DNA of 60,387 bases from Klebsormidium nitens (Eukaryota > Plantae > Klebsormidiophyceae): contig DF237467.1 in NCBI GenBank assembly GCA_000708835.1, positions 5,770 through 66,156 of the forward strand, given 5' to 3'. The notes beneath the pieces were generated by a model. The model saw only the letters and a list, made by a program, of their open reading frames with translations, searched no databases and was not told where the DNA came from. The translations under genes were made by a program, and so were the position numbers. Each line of letters starts with the position of its first letter. Positions within the stretch are counted from its first letter, which is position 1. Shown here one piece after another: positions 47,201-60,047 of this stretch.

Positions 47201-50200
47201 CATAAGTCGTGAGCGATTCCTCTCTCCCTTTTTGGTGGGCATCAGTGGGTGTTAAGCGCGACTTTAGATGCCCTTCCATTACAAAGCAGTAGCCTACACA
47301 TCGGACAATTCTGGAACCCCCTTGCCTGGCAGGACATCCTCCGTTTGCAGTTGATGTCACTGATGATACCCCCCTCCCTCTTAGCGAGGCTGACCACTAC
47401 TTACCTGCGCCTTCGTGCAGATGATCACCAAGAACTTCGAGGACTACCCCGACCACCGGCTCAAGTTCTTCTCGCTGCTGCGCGCCATCAACAGCCACTG
47501 CTTCCGGGCGCTCTTCAGCCTCTCCAACCAAGTGAGTTGGGCGCTCGGTTAACGCGGGCGTCGGCATTTCATGGATGCACTCGGTTTTCGTTGACGGCAT
47601 CACTACTGCTTCTAAGCTTCGGCGCGGTTGCAATTTTGAAGTTTGAACTAGCATATGTTTGGATGCAGTCGGTCAACTTAGTCACACAGATTCAGGGTGG
47701 AGTATCGTGTGCGGTGAGAGCTGCGCTTCCGTGGGGTTTGAAACGGCTTCCCTTCGCTTGAGTTGGAAGGACCCACACGGAGTCCAAAAAGCACCTACTG
47801 CGTCAACGCCTTGGACCGGTAAAGTAAAACTGCAGAGAAGAGGTAGAGAGTGCCCATAAGCAGCGATGAATCAAAGGGGTTCCAAGCAGTTTCTATCAAG
47901 TCGCCCCTGCCGGCGCGCCGACCAGCGAGCATCGATGATAGTAAGGCGTTGAACCAGATCTTAAAAAGGTCGTATCCGCTGATCCAGCGGCTTGGTTCGA
48001 CGGCTCATCTTCGCTCCTCGCGTTGCAGCAACTGAAGCTGGTGATGGATTCCATCGTGTGGGCGTTCCGGCACACGGAGCGCAACGTGGCGGAGACGGGG
48101 CTCAACCTGCTGCTGGAGATGCTGGGCAACTTCCAGGTCAGCCACTGCCGCTTTCAAGCGGTCTCGGTCTACTAATTGTTGGTTTCGCTACGCCCTTTTG
48201 TGTTGGTGGGATGGCGATCGCGGATCAAACAGGCGGTTTGGCGATTTCAATGTTTTTCAGCCGAGACGGGGCTGAATCTCCTGCTGGAAATGCTGGACAA
48301 CTTCCAAGTCAGCCGCCGCCGTCCGTCAGGCTGCCGCCGTCAAAGCGGTCTTGTCGTAACACAATCTGGACGGTGCTGCGCCTTTTGGTCTGAGTGGGTT
48401 GGTGTTTGGGGTATGAACGGATTAGGAGCGTGGTTTAAGCATCAGATCGTTCGCGTTTGACGATCTAATCCTTCGATAGTGCTGAACGAAGGCTCACCCT
48501 TCTGCCGGACCTCATCCATTTGAACTGCAACTACCAAAGTAGATGTCCTCTGCACTGAAGACACGTCTTACTTTGGATCAGTGACGTGAGCGGGCTTTAT
48601 TCGAACACCTTTCCTGCTTACAAGTAAAGTTTATTGCTCGGACTGCTGTGGATTACACTATTGTGAAGTTGACCCGCTTGCTGGTTTTGTCTCGAATGGC
48701 TGGAAACAAGACCTGACGAAACGACTCGCTTGTAACCTTTTGCCGTATTGGCGCCGTTTTCGGCCGGTGTTTCGTTGGTCAAAGTATCTTCTCCTTGGGA
48801 GCATCCATCATTTCGACTTTCTTCTGTCTCCCTTTTCATCCTGCAAGGGAGATTGACTGGAACTGGGCTCTCTTTTCATCATGCAAGCGAGAATGATTGA
48901 ACCGCGCTTTTGAGAGGCATCGAGGATGAGATAGTTATCCTTGCGCTTCGACTGGGGCTCCGGCCTCGATGAAGACAAGAAATAACACCAGACTGCTAAT
49001 CCTGGTACTGAGATGCCGCCTTGCGCTTGTCAGACGTTTGCTTTTGTTGGTTTGGCTCCTCTATCCCTGTTGCATCGTTTTTCGGGTTTTTGACACGCAC
49101 CACAAGTCCGTGTCGTCGGCCTCTGAAGAGAACTCCTGTTGCCGCTTCCAGCTAAAATCCCACTCGGTATTGAATCGTTGCTGTGATTAGAATCCTCTTC
49201 CTTGTTTCGCAGGGGTCGGAGTTCGTGAACGCGTTCCACCAGACGTACTTCCTCACGATTTTGCAAGAGATCTTTGCGGTCCTCACCGACACCTTCCACA
49301 AGCCCGGCTTCAAGCTGCACACCGCCATCCTGCAGCACCTCTTCTGCCTCGTGAGCCCACCTCACCTTCCTTGTTTCTTTTTGTCCTAGAAAACCAAACC
49401 TCAAGGCCTATCCCCAGTGCAGCAATGCTTACTTGATCCTCATCGTCCTGAAACTCTTCGATACGGCACGGTTTGTCTATCGTACCACCGTTATGTTGGC
49501 GTCTTCTACATGGTTCTGTCGGAGCCCATCAGTTGATACTTTCTCGTCAAGCAATCAAAGATCGGGCTGAAGGAGCGAAGGCCCACAAGGGGTGTTAGCC
49601 AGTACCGTGGCTTGCCCTGCTCTAGACTTTCCCTGACCACCTTGCGCGTTAACGCCTCCCACCGCTATGTTGCAGCAATTTTCGGCAACCCCTTGTTTTT
49701 GAAGTCCTGGTGCTGCTTGGTGTGACACAAAGCGCTGGAATCCTCACCCGGCCGTTCCTTCGAGGAGTAAAATTTTGACGTTCTTCCTGTCGACGTTTGG
49801 CGGTCGTTTATATTTCGTTTATATTTGGAAAATCGGGGACAGGTTGTCGAGATCCGCAGTGAGCCCAACTGAATGTCTCTTTCACGGTTTGTTTTTGTAC
49901 GAGCTGACATTGTCCTGTTGCTTCGGCAGGTGGACTCGGGCACTTTGACGGCCCCTCTGTGGGACGTGTCCACGCTCGGCCCTGCCGCATACCCCAACAA
50001 CCCGGCGTTCGTCCGAGACTATACCATCAAGCTGCTGAGCACGTCCTTCCCGAATTTGGCAAGCGCGGAGGTACGGAAATGTTCCTCAGTCCGGCGTTTC
50101 TTCCTTCGCGCTCATGTCAGACGTTGTTCCATCTGGTGCTATTGCAGTTCTGCCTCCGAAGTTGAGAAGGCGTCGCAAGCTTTGGCATGCTTGCTGGGTT

Positions 50201-50591
50201 TAGACAAATAATGATCTGACTAATGGGGCTCTTGCGTCGCTTTTCTTATCGTCTGACAGTATTGTTCCGGGAACTGCTTGCAATAAGGGCAGTTGCCCGA
50301 CGTTCACTGCTCAGCACACTTGACAAAGCAGAGACCTGAAAAAGCCTTCTTGTATCTATACAGGTGGCGGCGTTCGTGAGCGGGCTGTTTGAGTTCAAGA
50401 ACGACACGACGGCGTTCAAGAACCACCTGCGCGACTTCCTGGTCCAGTCTAAGGGCTTCTCCTCCCAGGACAACAAGGACCTGTACGCGGAAGAGGCGGC
50501 CGCGCAGCGCGAGGCCGAGCGCCAGAGGATGCTCAGCATCCCGGGACTGATCGCGCCAAACGAAATTCAAGACGACGGGATGAAGGATTGA
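35288..50591 (+). CDS. XPO1: Exportin-1 / CRM1 nuclear export receptor, 28 exons, 1069 aa
   Basis: Exons 35288-35383, 36679-36795, 37032-37124, 37420-37491, 37758-37865, 38324-38406, 38649-38787, 39127-39195, 39638-39778, 40129-40173, 40473-40580, 40937-41218, 41582-41641, 42115-42225, 42583-42680, 43113-43221, 43561-43626, 44059-44157, 44400-44480, 45135-45310, 45818-45898, 46328-46510, 46913-46979, 47421-47531, 48029-48136, 49213-49350, 49930-50070, 50364-50591 (3210 nt). Colinear with plant XPO1, e.g. [57 protein letters not shown]. Confidence 0.97.
44959..45008 (+). repeat. Decayed partial copy of the XPO1 exon 20 acceptor and 5' end, in intron 19
   Basis: ctgcag-gttggaacaagatcatagcgcaggcactgcagagcgtgaacgct versus the true junction ctgcagcggtggaacgagatcatggcgcaggcgcagcagagcgtggacacgct (45129-45181). 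Confidence 0.85.
46103..46327 (+). repeat. About 34-bp minisatellite (about 6.5 units) in XPO1 intron 21, ending in the 3' splice site
   Basis: Consensus tcacagactgtttcgttgctataacctggcataa. The last unit, ccacagactggttcgctgccag, supplies the acceptor of exon 22. Confidence 0.9.
48260..48314 (+). repeat. Duplicate of the 3' part of XPO1 exon 25 plus donor, in intron 25
   Basis: gccgagacggggctgaatctcctgctggaaatgctggacaacttccaa|gtcagcc versus gcggagacggggctcaacctgctgctggagatgctgggcaacttccag|gtcagcc (48089-48143). Confidence 0.9.
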
Positions 50592-52596
50592 GGACGGGGA
50601 GGTGCGGCGAGATTTTGTGGGTATTGGAAGAGAGTGGTTGTTGCAGGGGGACGGTGGTTACTGGTGTCAAACTGTTAAACGAGAATGTGGTGCTGTATAC
50701 TTGGTCGGGGAGTTTATGATACGAGGAGGCCTTGCCGTGAAGTTCGAGCCGGTGAAGCATGTTCTGAGGTCCTAACTTCGAGGGCTGCTCATCAGTTTTT
50801 ATGAGTTCGTGGTCGAAAGCAGTGATTAGGGGTACGCCCAGCTCCTGGGGACTTACCCATCATCGTCTATAAGCTAGCAAGAGCGGCTTAGGACTGGTCC
50901 ATTCGCGACAAGCTAGTTGGTCGTGCTCTTGTGAGCGGGCAGAAACGCCAACCGACACCATCATTGGCCGGTTGGTATCAAAGTCTGCTAGGCGCCTAAG
51001 TGCTCTTGTCTAATTTCGGTCTAGCTGAATCTTTTCGAAGTGTAGAGTCATCTTTGAATTGGAGCTTGGTCACACCAATGTGGTCAAGCTGGTCAAGTAG
51101 TGACTTCACCTGAATCGACTTTTGAAATTCCTCGATAGGTGGTCCGGTCAAGTGTAGCTTTGAATCGGGAGGGCGATAGGATTGCTATCAAACTTGAACA
51201 AAGTAAATTGCTCATGTGAAGCAGTCTTTCATATTGCATACATATGTGTCTTCTTTTGTATCCAACTTCCTGCACGATTTTGCCATGCTTTGCTTGAGGT
51301 TCAAACCATTCTCAACAAAATCGCTCTGCAACGCTAGCTCCACTTCATCCTATACCATGAGCCATCTTAGTTTCGTGAATGTTTTCTGGTAGATTTTTGA
51401 TACAACAAATGGTATATGTATCAACATCACTAACTTCTATATTAGAAGGTGCAATGATACATTCGTTTATTGCTATTTGCTTCGAACTTGGCACCGCCCG
51501 CCAGCTGAGATCGCGAAACGCGCAATTTCCGATATGATTATAATCATTTGAGACATGATTACCTTATCCAACGAGCTCGGGTGCAAACATTGAAATTTGT
51601 ATTCGTGCTCTTGGCCGCGGCGGCGTGGCCTTCAGGAGAAAGGTGCCGGATCCGAATGGTGGATCATGCAGTGTGCAAAGTTATCCGCCGTAAAGCTCTA
51701 CATGATGCGCCTTTACGCACACGCTGCGCCATCGTACACGACCAACCTACTCCTACTCACCTACCGCCGCGGGGCACGACGGTGACCTGCCTGAAGACCC
51801 TACTATGTCTCCAAGCTAGAATTTCGAATTAAGCACCCATGTTCGTAGATTTTTGCTAAGGTTTGTCATTTGTGCAAGCTATAGCATGTTAGGGCATATC
51901 AGGTGATCAGGCATAAAATGTTATCCAATAAAGGTAGGCCATAACGAGTAGGAAGTGCATGTAGGTACTTGCCGCCAGTGGTAGAGTACCTAGCTTTTCT
52001 AATCAAACGTTCAGACTCGCAACAAAGTGTGTACTCGCTCTCAGGTCCGTGGCTCACGCTACGGCCTAATATAAAAGAAGCATACCGGTACATCTGACGG
52101 CGACGGTAGGTTCAAAACCTTTATCCTCATCGACGACCATCATTGCAGATATTTATCGAAGTGCGATCTTGTAAAATCCATGGCGAGAGATTCAGGCGCA
52201 GATGGGCGCAGATCGACGGTTTGAACGGGAGCCATGGAGCCACAAAAGTCATCGAGCGCCCAAAGACACGGACAACGACGATCGGACGGTGCAGCTTTTG
52301 CGAGGCATCCATGTGGCTTTACGACTGGCACTTGGTGCTGGGCACTCTTGAGTCACGACTCACAGCCTTCACTGCTTCAGGCTGCTCGTTGCTGCTCAGT
52401 GCACTGATCATGCGTTGTGTCAAGACTCCAAAGGGCAGCATTGCAAGCCCAAAAGCGACCTCAAAGCCCCTCGAAAAGTGAGCTGAGCAGCGGCCATTTT
52501 CTGGACGGAAAAGTTGTTTTCCTTTCACAGATCTCCGGTGGGAAATACAAAGCTGCAGTCAGGGGGCTTTATTGGTGCTGTCAAAGCCCTGCAAAG

Positions 52597-55500
52597 ATGG
52601 CTGCTTCCATGTCCCTCGTAAGGGGCACGTGTGCGCCAAGTGCAGCGCTCGCCCCAAAACTTTCGGCGTGCTCATCAGCAAAGGCAGGGGTCTCCCTCCT
52701 GCCCGCAGTGGGCTTTCTTGTTCCCCCCCGCTCTGTGGGCAGTAGTTTCCTTGCGGGCGATGCCGACCTGTCGTCTGTGAGGAAAATGTGCCGGAACGCG
52801 GGCCGGGGGGGGGCGCTTCAGGCGCAGGCCGTGGCCGAGTTTGTGGAGACGAGAGAGCCGTTGAATGGAACGCTGCGCAAAGTGACCCTGCCCTACAGCG
52901 AGGACGATTCCGAGCTGGAGAATGGGCGGGAGTCGGACTACGAGGAGGTTGAGACGGAGAGCGAGCCTGAGTTGGCTGCCACTGACATCCGGAACTTCGA
53001 CCTCTCAAAAGAGACGGTTCGGGCGTTGCAGGCCCGCGGGATTGAGAACCTGTTTGCCATTCAGGTAAGGAATGCAGCCACCCTTGTGTAAGATGGGTTG
53101 CAAATGTGGTGGTGACCATTACCGGTCGAATCTTGCCTTGTAGCCCGTTTGAAGCTCCTTCTTACTTTCAGGAAGTGGTTCTAGCAATAGCAATGCTGGC
53201 CTGAAGCCGTGTGGTAATGGTGACCAAAGATCTGCAATGTACTTCTGATTCACTTATCTTACCCTGGGTAAAATGAGTTTTTCTTTTCAACTTCAAGTGT
53301 TTTCTGGACTATCTTTCAAGGACGAGGATAATGAAATAGTTTGCCGTGTGCCTTTTCAACGTCGGAGTCGTCGTGGTTATTTGCGAGGGGCCATCTTTCT
53401 TCTCTGCTATATGGGCGCCTTTTCTGAAGTATGCGGTTATCGCATTTTGAAACCCAGTTCAGGTATTCTGTGTTCAGTACGGTCCTGTGAAGCTGTCATT
53501 GCAGCTGCTTAGTCAATGCCGAAAGCCTTTCCCGTAAATTGTTATGTAGGTTGTATCTTCACATTTGTTGAAAGATCTGCCTTTTCTTCATAGACCGTTT
53601 TTTTGGACCCAAGGGTCTGCTCCTGGGCGCATTCGGTTCAATTTTGAGGTTAGGGTTGGGAACTAATATGGGTGGGTTTGGACCTCGGTGTTTGTGGTGT
53701 ACTACTGGACATAACAAAACTGTGTTCCTGACTTGAGTTGTGGCTTTGTCTTCAGTGCGCCGTCATTCAGCCCGCCATGGCTGGGCGTGACATCATCGCC
53801 CGTGCACGGACGGGTACTGGAAAGACGCTCGCTTTTGGGCTGCCCATCATAGAAAAGCTTCTGGCCGCAAGAGCAGAGAATGGGGCATCCATGAGAGGGT
53901 GAGTGACCTCAAGCCACTTTTGTTTCAATAGTTATCTCTGACCAGCACTCAGAGTTCTAGGAGGGGGCGAAACAACGAGGGAGGTGCTTTGGAGAGCAGG
54001 TTGTGAGTTTGAAAGTAGTAGCTGATGCTTTGCTGGAGGTTGACCCTCGTTCATTGCTTCTTGAAGCTGTCCTAGACTAAAGAGCTGTCCTAAACGAATA
54101 AGCGGCTTCCAAGTGAGGGAGGTGTAAAAGTCAATGCCGGCACTCGCCTGGCGCACAAACGTGGATTTAGGGTTCAGTTTAGGGTTCACATGTTTGCCAC
54201 AATGCTGACATTCCTGACTCCACGCTTTGCAGGAGAGCTGGCCGCCTGCCCAAGTGTTTGGTGATGGCTCCAACTAGAGAGCTGGCAAAGCAGGTCGAGA
54301 AGGAGTTCATGGAATCTGCACCAAGTAAGCAGCGGAAACTTTCTTTTCCATCTTTCAAAGTTGTTCATTTTGTTTCTAACTAATTGGCTCTGGAGCGTCC
54401 CACATTATCCGTCGTGTCCTCATCTCTGTAAAGTGCACAAGCTTTGCTGTGATCCTCATCCGGCTCTCTTGTATTTGTATGCCTGTACCCACCAACTTTT
54501 GATGCCTCAAGACAAGCAACCCAGAAGTTCCTCACTGACGTCAACTCCTTTTTACACTTGCAGGCCTGCAGACGGTGTGTGTGTACGGTGGTGCTCCCAT
54601 CTCCGGTCAGGAGCGCACCCTTCGGCGGGGGGTAGATGTGGCTGTTGGCACGCCAGGGCGTATCATGGATCTGATGGAGCGGGGGGCGCTGGACTTGCAG
54701 GAGGTTCGCTACATGGTTTTGGACGAGGCAGACCAGGTGAGTGGAGCCTAGTTGTTCATCGTATTTTGCTGGTTGCTAACAGACTTGCTTAGGGTTTGAG
54801 CCTTTGGTAAAGCGAGCCAAGGGGGGTGGTATTATTAGCCCAACTTTCATGCTGCTCAATAAAGAGCTCAACGCTGCGATCGAGTGAAGAGGAGCTTTAC
54901 GCTGCAATCGTGTGAAGAGACCAGATTGTCTGGAAAGCTATTTTCATCTGGGCTGCAGGCGGTCAATCAAAGATGGGCTTTGAACCCTAGCTAAGTTGCA
55001 AAAAAGATGGGGATACTACATATTCATCGGGCCGAGCTTGCTTGTTCCCCCAATCAGAAGCATGGTCATGTTTTTACCCCAACTTTAAAATCATGATCTG
55101 CAGGGTTGCTCGCTTTTTCAGAAGCGCCTCCTTCGGTTACTTTTCCAGGACCCACTCCCTGTATGCCTCAAGCAGTGCCCATCTGGAGTCACCTCAGTCA
55201 GAGATTCCACTCATTGCTTATCCTCCTTCACTGCAGATGCTGAACGTCGGGTTCGAGGAAGCGGTGGAGCACATTTTGCGCAACTGCCCTGTGGAGCAGC
55301 GCCAGAGCATGCTCTTCTCCGCCACCATGCCCACGTGGGTGCGGCGTCTCTCGCGCAAGTACCTCAACAATCCGGAAGTCATTGACCTGGTCGGAGATGA
55401 CGACGCAAAGATCCCCGAGGGCTTGAAGATCATGGCGGTGCAGGTGCCGAGGAACGCCAAGCGCAACGTGCTGATTGACCTTATTACGGTGAGGGAGTAC

Positions 55501-58500
55501 CTGAATCGCGACAGAAGCAGGGTCAGAGCAGACGGTGGGTGTTTCACCAAGAAAACATGATACATTTGAACGGAAGAACGGAAGGCGCAGTTGGGGCTTT
55601 GGGCCGCACAGAGAAAGTCGAGTCAATGGGCAACTGTGCGAACCCTAACTGAGCTTAGGGTTTGTTTTCGGGCGTGCGAATCAGGATTGCCCCTTGCGAG
55701 TCTGCTTGCTTGGATGCGTTAATTTGCAGCTTGTGCTGCGTTCTATGCCGGTCAACCACTCCGCTTGTTCACTTGCACTCTGGTGTATTTGAGCTTCCCC
55801 AGCAATCTCTGATTCTGAATTATACCGTTGACGTCGGTCATGCCGTCTTTATCAATCAAGTCTCAGGGCGTCACTTCCAGGATCCAGTATAGTTTCTTCA
55901 ACCGGTGGATGTTGTGCTTGTGTTCAATATGCTCCATGTCTTTCTCTTGCAGGTGCATGGTCGCGGTCGGCGGACGATTGTTTTTGGGCAGACTAAGCGC
56001 GACGTGGACGACATTGCGGTGCTTCTGAGCCGCACGCACAACGCAGAGGCGCTTCACGGAGACATTGCGCAGTCGCAGAGGGAGAAGAGTCTGCAGGGAT
56101 TCAGAGATGGGAGGTTTAAGGTGCTCGTGGCCACTGACGTGGCGTCGCGCGGGCTCGATATTCCCGACGTCGACTTGGTAAGTCGCGCATTTGGTTGCGA
56201 TCAGTTTCTTCGTGTTGTTTTCAAGTCTAGGAAAGCTGATTGGGGTCGCGAGCAGTCCGTTTATGCTGATTTTCATGTCTAGGAAAGCTTATTGGGTGGT
56301 TGGGATCTGGTGACCTGAGGCCTTGCAAAGGCAACCCCGAAAAGAAGTCGCTGCAGTCACTTTGGGGATCTTGGCTTGTTCCAACACATGGGAGAGATCT
56401 ATTGTTGCCTGTGACGTGTGTAACCGTGCTTCGTGTTGATCCGGCCTTGCTCCCTGCCAGGTTATTCATTACGAGCTGCCCAATGACACCGAGACCTTTG
56501 TCCACCGGTCGGGCCGGACTGGGCGTGCGGGCAAGGACGGCATTGCCATTGCGATGTACGCTGCCCCGGAGAGGCGCATGATGTCGCGCCTCGCAGCCGC
56601 CTGCGGAAAGGACTTCGTCAACATTCAACCGCCTAACCCCTCCGTAAGCCTCCTTGCCCTGGATTCGGGTCTTTGCATCACGATTGGGTGGACTAATACT
56701 TCCAATTCTGAAGGGTCAAGAAGATTGTCATGTCAATGGTTCTAGCAGCCCGGGGATTAAATATCCCCTCACCATTTTTCATTCCCGCTCACTAATCTCA
56801 CATTCCCGCTCACTAATCTCAATTTTCGCGTTGAATTTTGTCTCAGGTTGCTTCAATCTGTCCACTGTCCAGGATCGCGATTTGGTTGTTCCTTGAGACT
56901 GCTAGGGCCCTGTGACAAAACACGTCCGTCCTTACAAAGTAGGACTTGTGCTACCCCTCATTGGAAGCCCGTCCGCTGGCAGGTTCAGTGCGCCCCTCTC
57001 ATCCTCCTGTTGACTGGCTGCATCGACCTCCTTTATCAACCATCCCTCAACCTGAAGCCTCCCTGTGACAGCTTTATTGCGCTCCTCTCATATTCTCCTG
57101 TCAATCGGCCACATCAACCCCCGTCTTCAATCATCCCTCATCTTCAGAATCCCCTTTCTTGCAGGATGTGTTGAACGCCGCTGGCCAGCAGGCACTGGAG
57201 ATGCTGGAGGGCGTTGATGCTGAGCTGTACCCGCACTTCTTCCCCGCAGCAGAGCAGCTCATCGCGGAGCGTGGGCCGCTCAACGCTGTTGCGTCTGCGC
57301 TGGCGGCGATCAGCGGGTTCCGGGAGCCGCCCAAGCCCAAGTCGCTGCTGACCTTCGAAGAGGTGAGGGGCAGAAGCAAAAGGTCTGGGCGTTGTGTCAA
57401 ACTTTGGGTGCTTAGAGAAGGTTAGGGGGAGGTGGGCGTGGGCCAACACCTGTGCTGAGTGGTTCGAAACGAGAGGGTGTTGCTGGACCTGGATGGTAGA
57501 GAGGGGCTGTGTATTCTGTTTCTGAGGAGCCGTTATGGTCCGGAGTAGGAGCTCTGGTTGCGGAGTGTGCCTTCTTTGGCTCGCTTAGAGGGGTAGGGAG
57601 TGCGAAAGACCCTACATGTTTGTTGTGCTGTTGGTCGACCCTGGATCATGCATTCGGCAGATTCACGTGCACTTACTTTTGCCGACATAGTTTCAAGCCA
57701 GACACGAGGTAAGGCTCTGCCGGAACAGCAAGATGAGGTTCAGAGTGAAGGCAGTAGCCCTTGGCGACATACGGGAAGAAGTGGGAGGTCTTACGCTTCT
57801 CTGTGGAACGGTTCCCTGATATTATTCGCCCTTTTCTCTGCAGGGCTGGACCACCCTGCAGGTCGTGCGCTCTGCTAGCGGTCGTGGCCCAATCGTCTCC
57901 CCGCGCAACGTGCAAGCGCTCCTCGGGTCAGTCGGGCAGCAGTTCGCGGACAACGTAGGAAAGATCCGGCTCATTAGCGACCGGGACGTCGACGGGGCGG
58001 TGTTCGACCTGCCCACCAAATTGGCAAAGAGGCTAGTCGAGATCAAGGAAGCGGAAGGGGACTATTTCGACGAAGTACAACAGCTGCCGAGGCTGGTTGA
58101 GGAGTTCCGGGGGGGAGATATGGGCGGTCGGGGCGGAAGTCGGGGAGGCTACGGAAGGGGGGGCGGTGGCGGCGGATATAGGGAGAGGTCGGGGTAAGTG
58201 TTTCTGTATTCTTTGCATCCCCTCTGTCCGTTTGTCTCTTACTGATAGGTACACCTTCTGCGGAGAAAAGAAGGGCCGCGATTTGGACAGGAGCACCCTG
58301 CGTGCCTCGTTCTCATTGTCATTCCTCGTTCATCTAGGTTGGCTTGAAGAATCATCTGAAACCCCTTCTTCTCTTCTCAGCTCCCGTTGCTTTTCGTCTT
58401 CGGGGCTGCAGTTTCATCTCTGTGGATGTCTGAAGCAGTGCTGCTTTTCAGTGGGTTCGTGTGACGTCGGGTACTGGCTCGTGATGAGAACATACATAAA

Positions 58501-59310
58501 AAAACCCGCGCTCTGGTTCTCAGAGTGCGTCGAGCTCATTGGGCGATGAAGTAGGTTTAATCCGTTCTCTGAAGCACCTCGGAAATGTTTCCTTCTCTGC
58601 AGAAATGTTCTCGGTGCGATTGGTGTCTTTTGCTTCTTGAATGTCGACCAGTGTTGGGCTGTATGGAATGCATTCATTGGAGTTGCTGGGACTATTGCAC
58701 GGGAATCGTTGGATGCAGCAGCAAGTCGTCGGATGGCTCGGCCTTTAAGAGAACGCTTCCCCTCGTTAGCAGTTCCATGAGTCTTAAAGTACGTTCCTAA
58801 TGCAGGTATGGTGGCAGCCGAAGCGGAGGGGGCGGGGGCGGCTACGGAGGTTCGAGGGAGAGGGGTTCTGGCAGCTCGTATGGAGGCCCCAGGGAAGGCC
58901 GGGGCGGCAGCGACTTCGATTTCGGCAGGAGGCCCAGCAGTGGCGGCGAGCGGACGAGTCGGCCGCGGTATGGGGGTTCCAGCGGAGGTCACGACGACTT
59001 TGGGGGAGGTGAGGGGCTGTTGACGATAACCTACGAGCCATTGCTTCACCAAGTTTGTTTTCAGTTTTGGGTGAAGAAGAGTGGTGAAGAAGAGCTGTTC
59101 GTGTTGCCATGTTCTTGACGTGGAGACGATTCCGGCGCTGAAGGTGGGAGCCTGTGCTTGTAACCTATCGTTTCTTGGAGAAGGGCTTCAGCAATCGGAC
59201 GAACTTTGTTTGTGACCGCTGAAAAGAAGCAGTACTTGTTTTGTACTTTTGTATTCCACTGGACTGACCGACTTACCGTACATTGTGCAGGTGGTGCTCG
59301 GAGGTGGTAG
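52597..59310 (+). CDS. RH3: Plastid DEAD-box RNA helicase, RH3-like (DEAD + helicase C + GUCT + RGG/GYG tail), 768 aa
   Basis: Exons 52597-53064, 53756-53898, 54233-54324, 54564-54736, 55237-55488, 55953-56177, 56461-56643, 57165-57362, 57844-58193, 58806-59008, 59291-59310 (2307 nt). Transit-peptide-like N-terminus, [46 protein letters not shown], and GUCT-like [22 protein letters not shown]. Confidence 0.9.
53651..55662. promoter_or_regulatory. Cluster of seven telo-box-like motifs (TAGGGTT/AACCCTA) in RH3 introns, two preceded by site-II-like TGGGCY
   Basis: Motifs at 53651, 54168, 54180, 54790, 54983, 55641, 55656; TGGGCT at 54974 and TGGGCC at 55600. Regulatory function is inferred. Confidence 0.5.
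56780..56821 (+). repeat. Perfect 21-nt tandem duplication (cattcccgctcactaatctca x2) in RH3 intron 7
   Basis: Read directly. Confidence 0.9.
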
Positions 59311-60047
59311 ACTGCCACCTTAGGTAGTAAGAAAGCTAGTTTTAATTCAGGTCTCTGTGGGCACAATTCGGTAGTCCGCCTGCTTCCGCTCCTTTGCAGT
59401 ATAAAGAAGACCTACTAGGGTAGAATTCTTGATGATTATCAGTGGGCTCGGAAATAGGGTTGTTGTAACATAGATAAACGTTCATTCTTCATGTGCAAGG
59501 TTGCTCTTGGGTTATTTCCCGTTGCCCAAGCTTAACAACTGTTGTCATCTACATTGACGTTCTTTGCTTGTTGATTTTTGAGCATGTCAATGGTGGGATG
59601 CTTCAAGTCATGTTAGACGCCATGACGGATATAGCACCCACATGCCAGACGTCCAATCAAGTCGTTTGTATGCTGACAAAGCACGGGGTTTGCAACATCC
59701 TCGTATACTGTGATTCCATGCTCAAGGATTTGACTTTAAGTATATAAATGAAAATTGCGTGTGGTGCACGCATCGGTTGCCAGCCTTGGCGGCCCCCTTC
59801 TACCATGGTTGTTTGGTGTTCCCGGAGTCCTTAATCCGTCGATCAGTGCACCGTCACTGACATTGTTCTAATTCAAGGCCCCGGTGTGTGCATCATCCGG
59901 TGACCCAACACATATCTCCGATCAGTTAGGAGGCTCAAGAGTATAATTGAGTGCAGTCTGTATTCATCAAGTCTAGCTCACGCGGTCATGCCACCGTCGC
60001 TTATTAGTCGGGCCTTTGTGTAATCGTTAAACGGCCTCGATTTTAGG

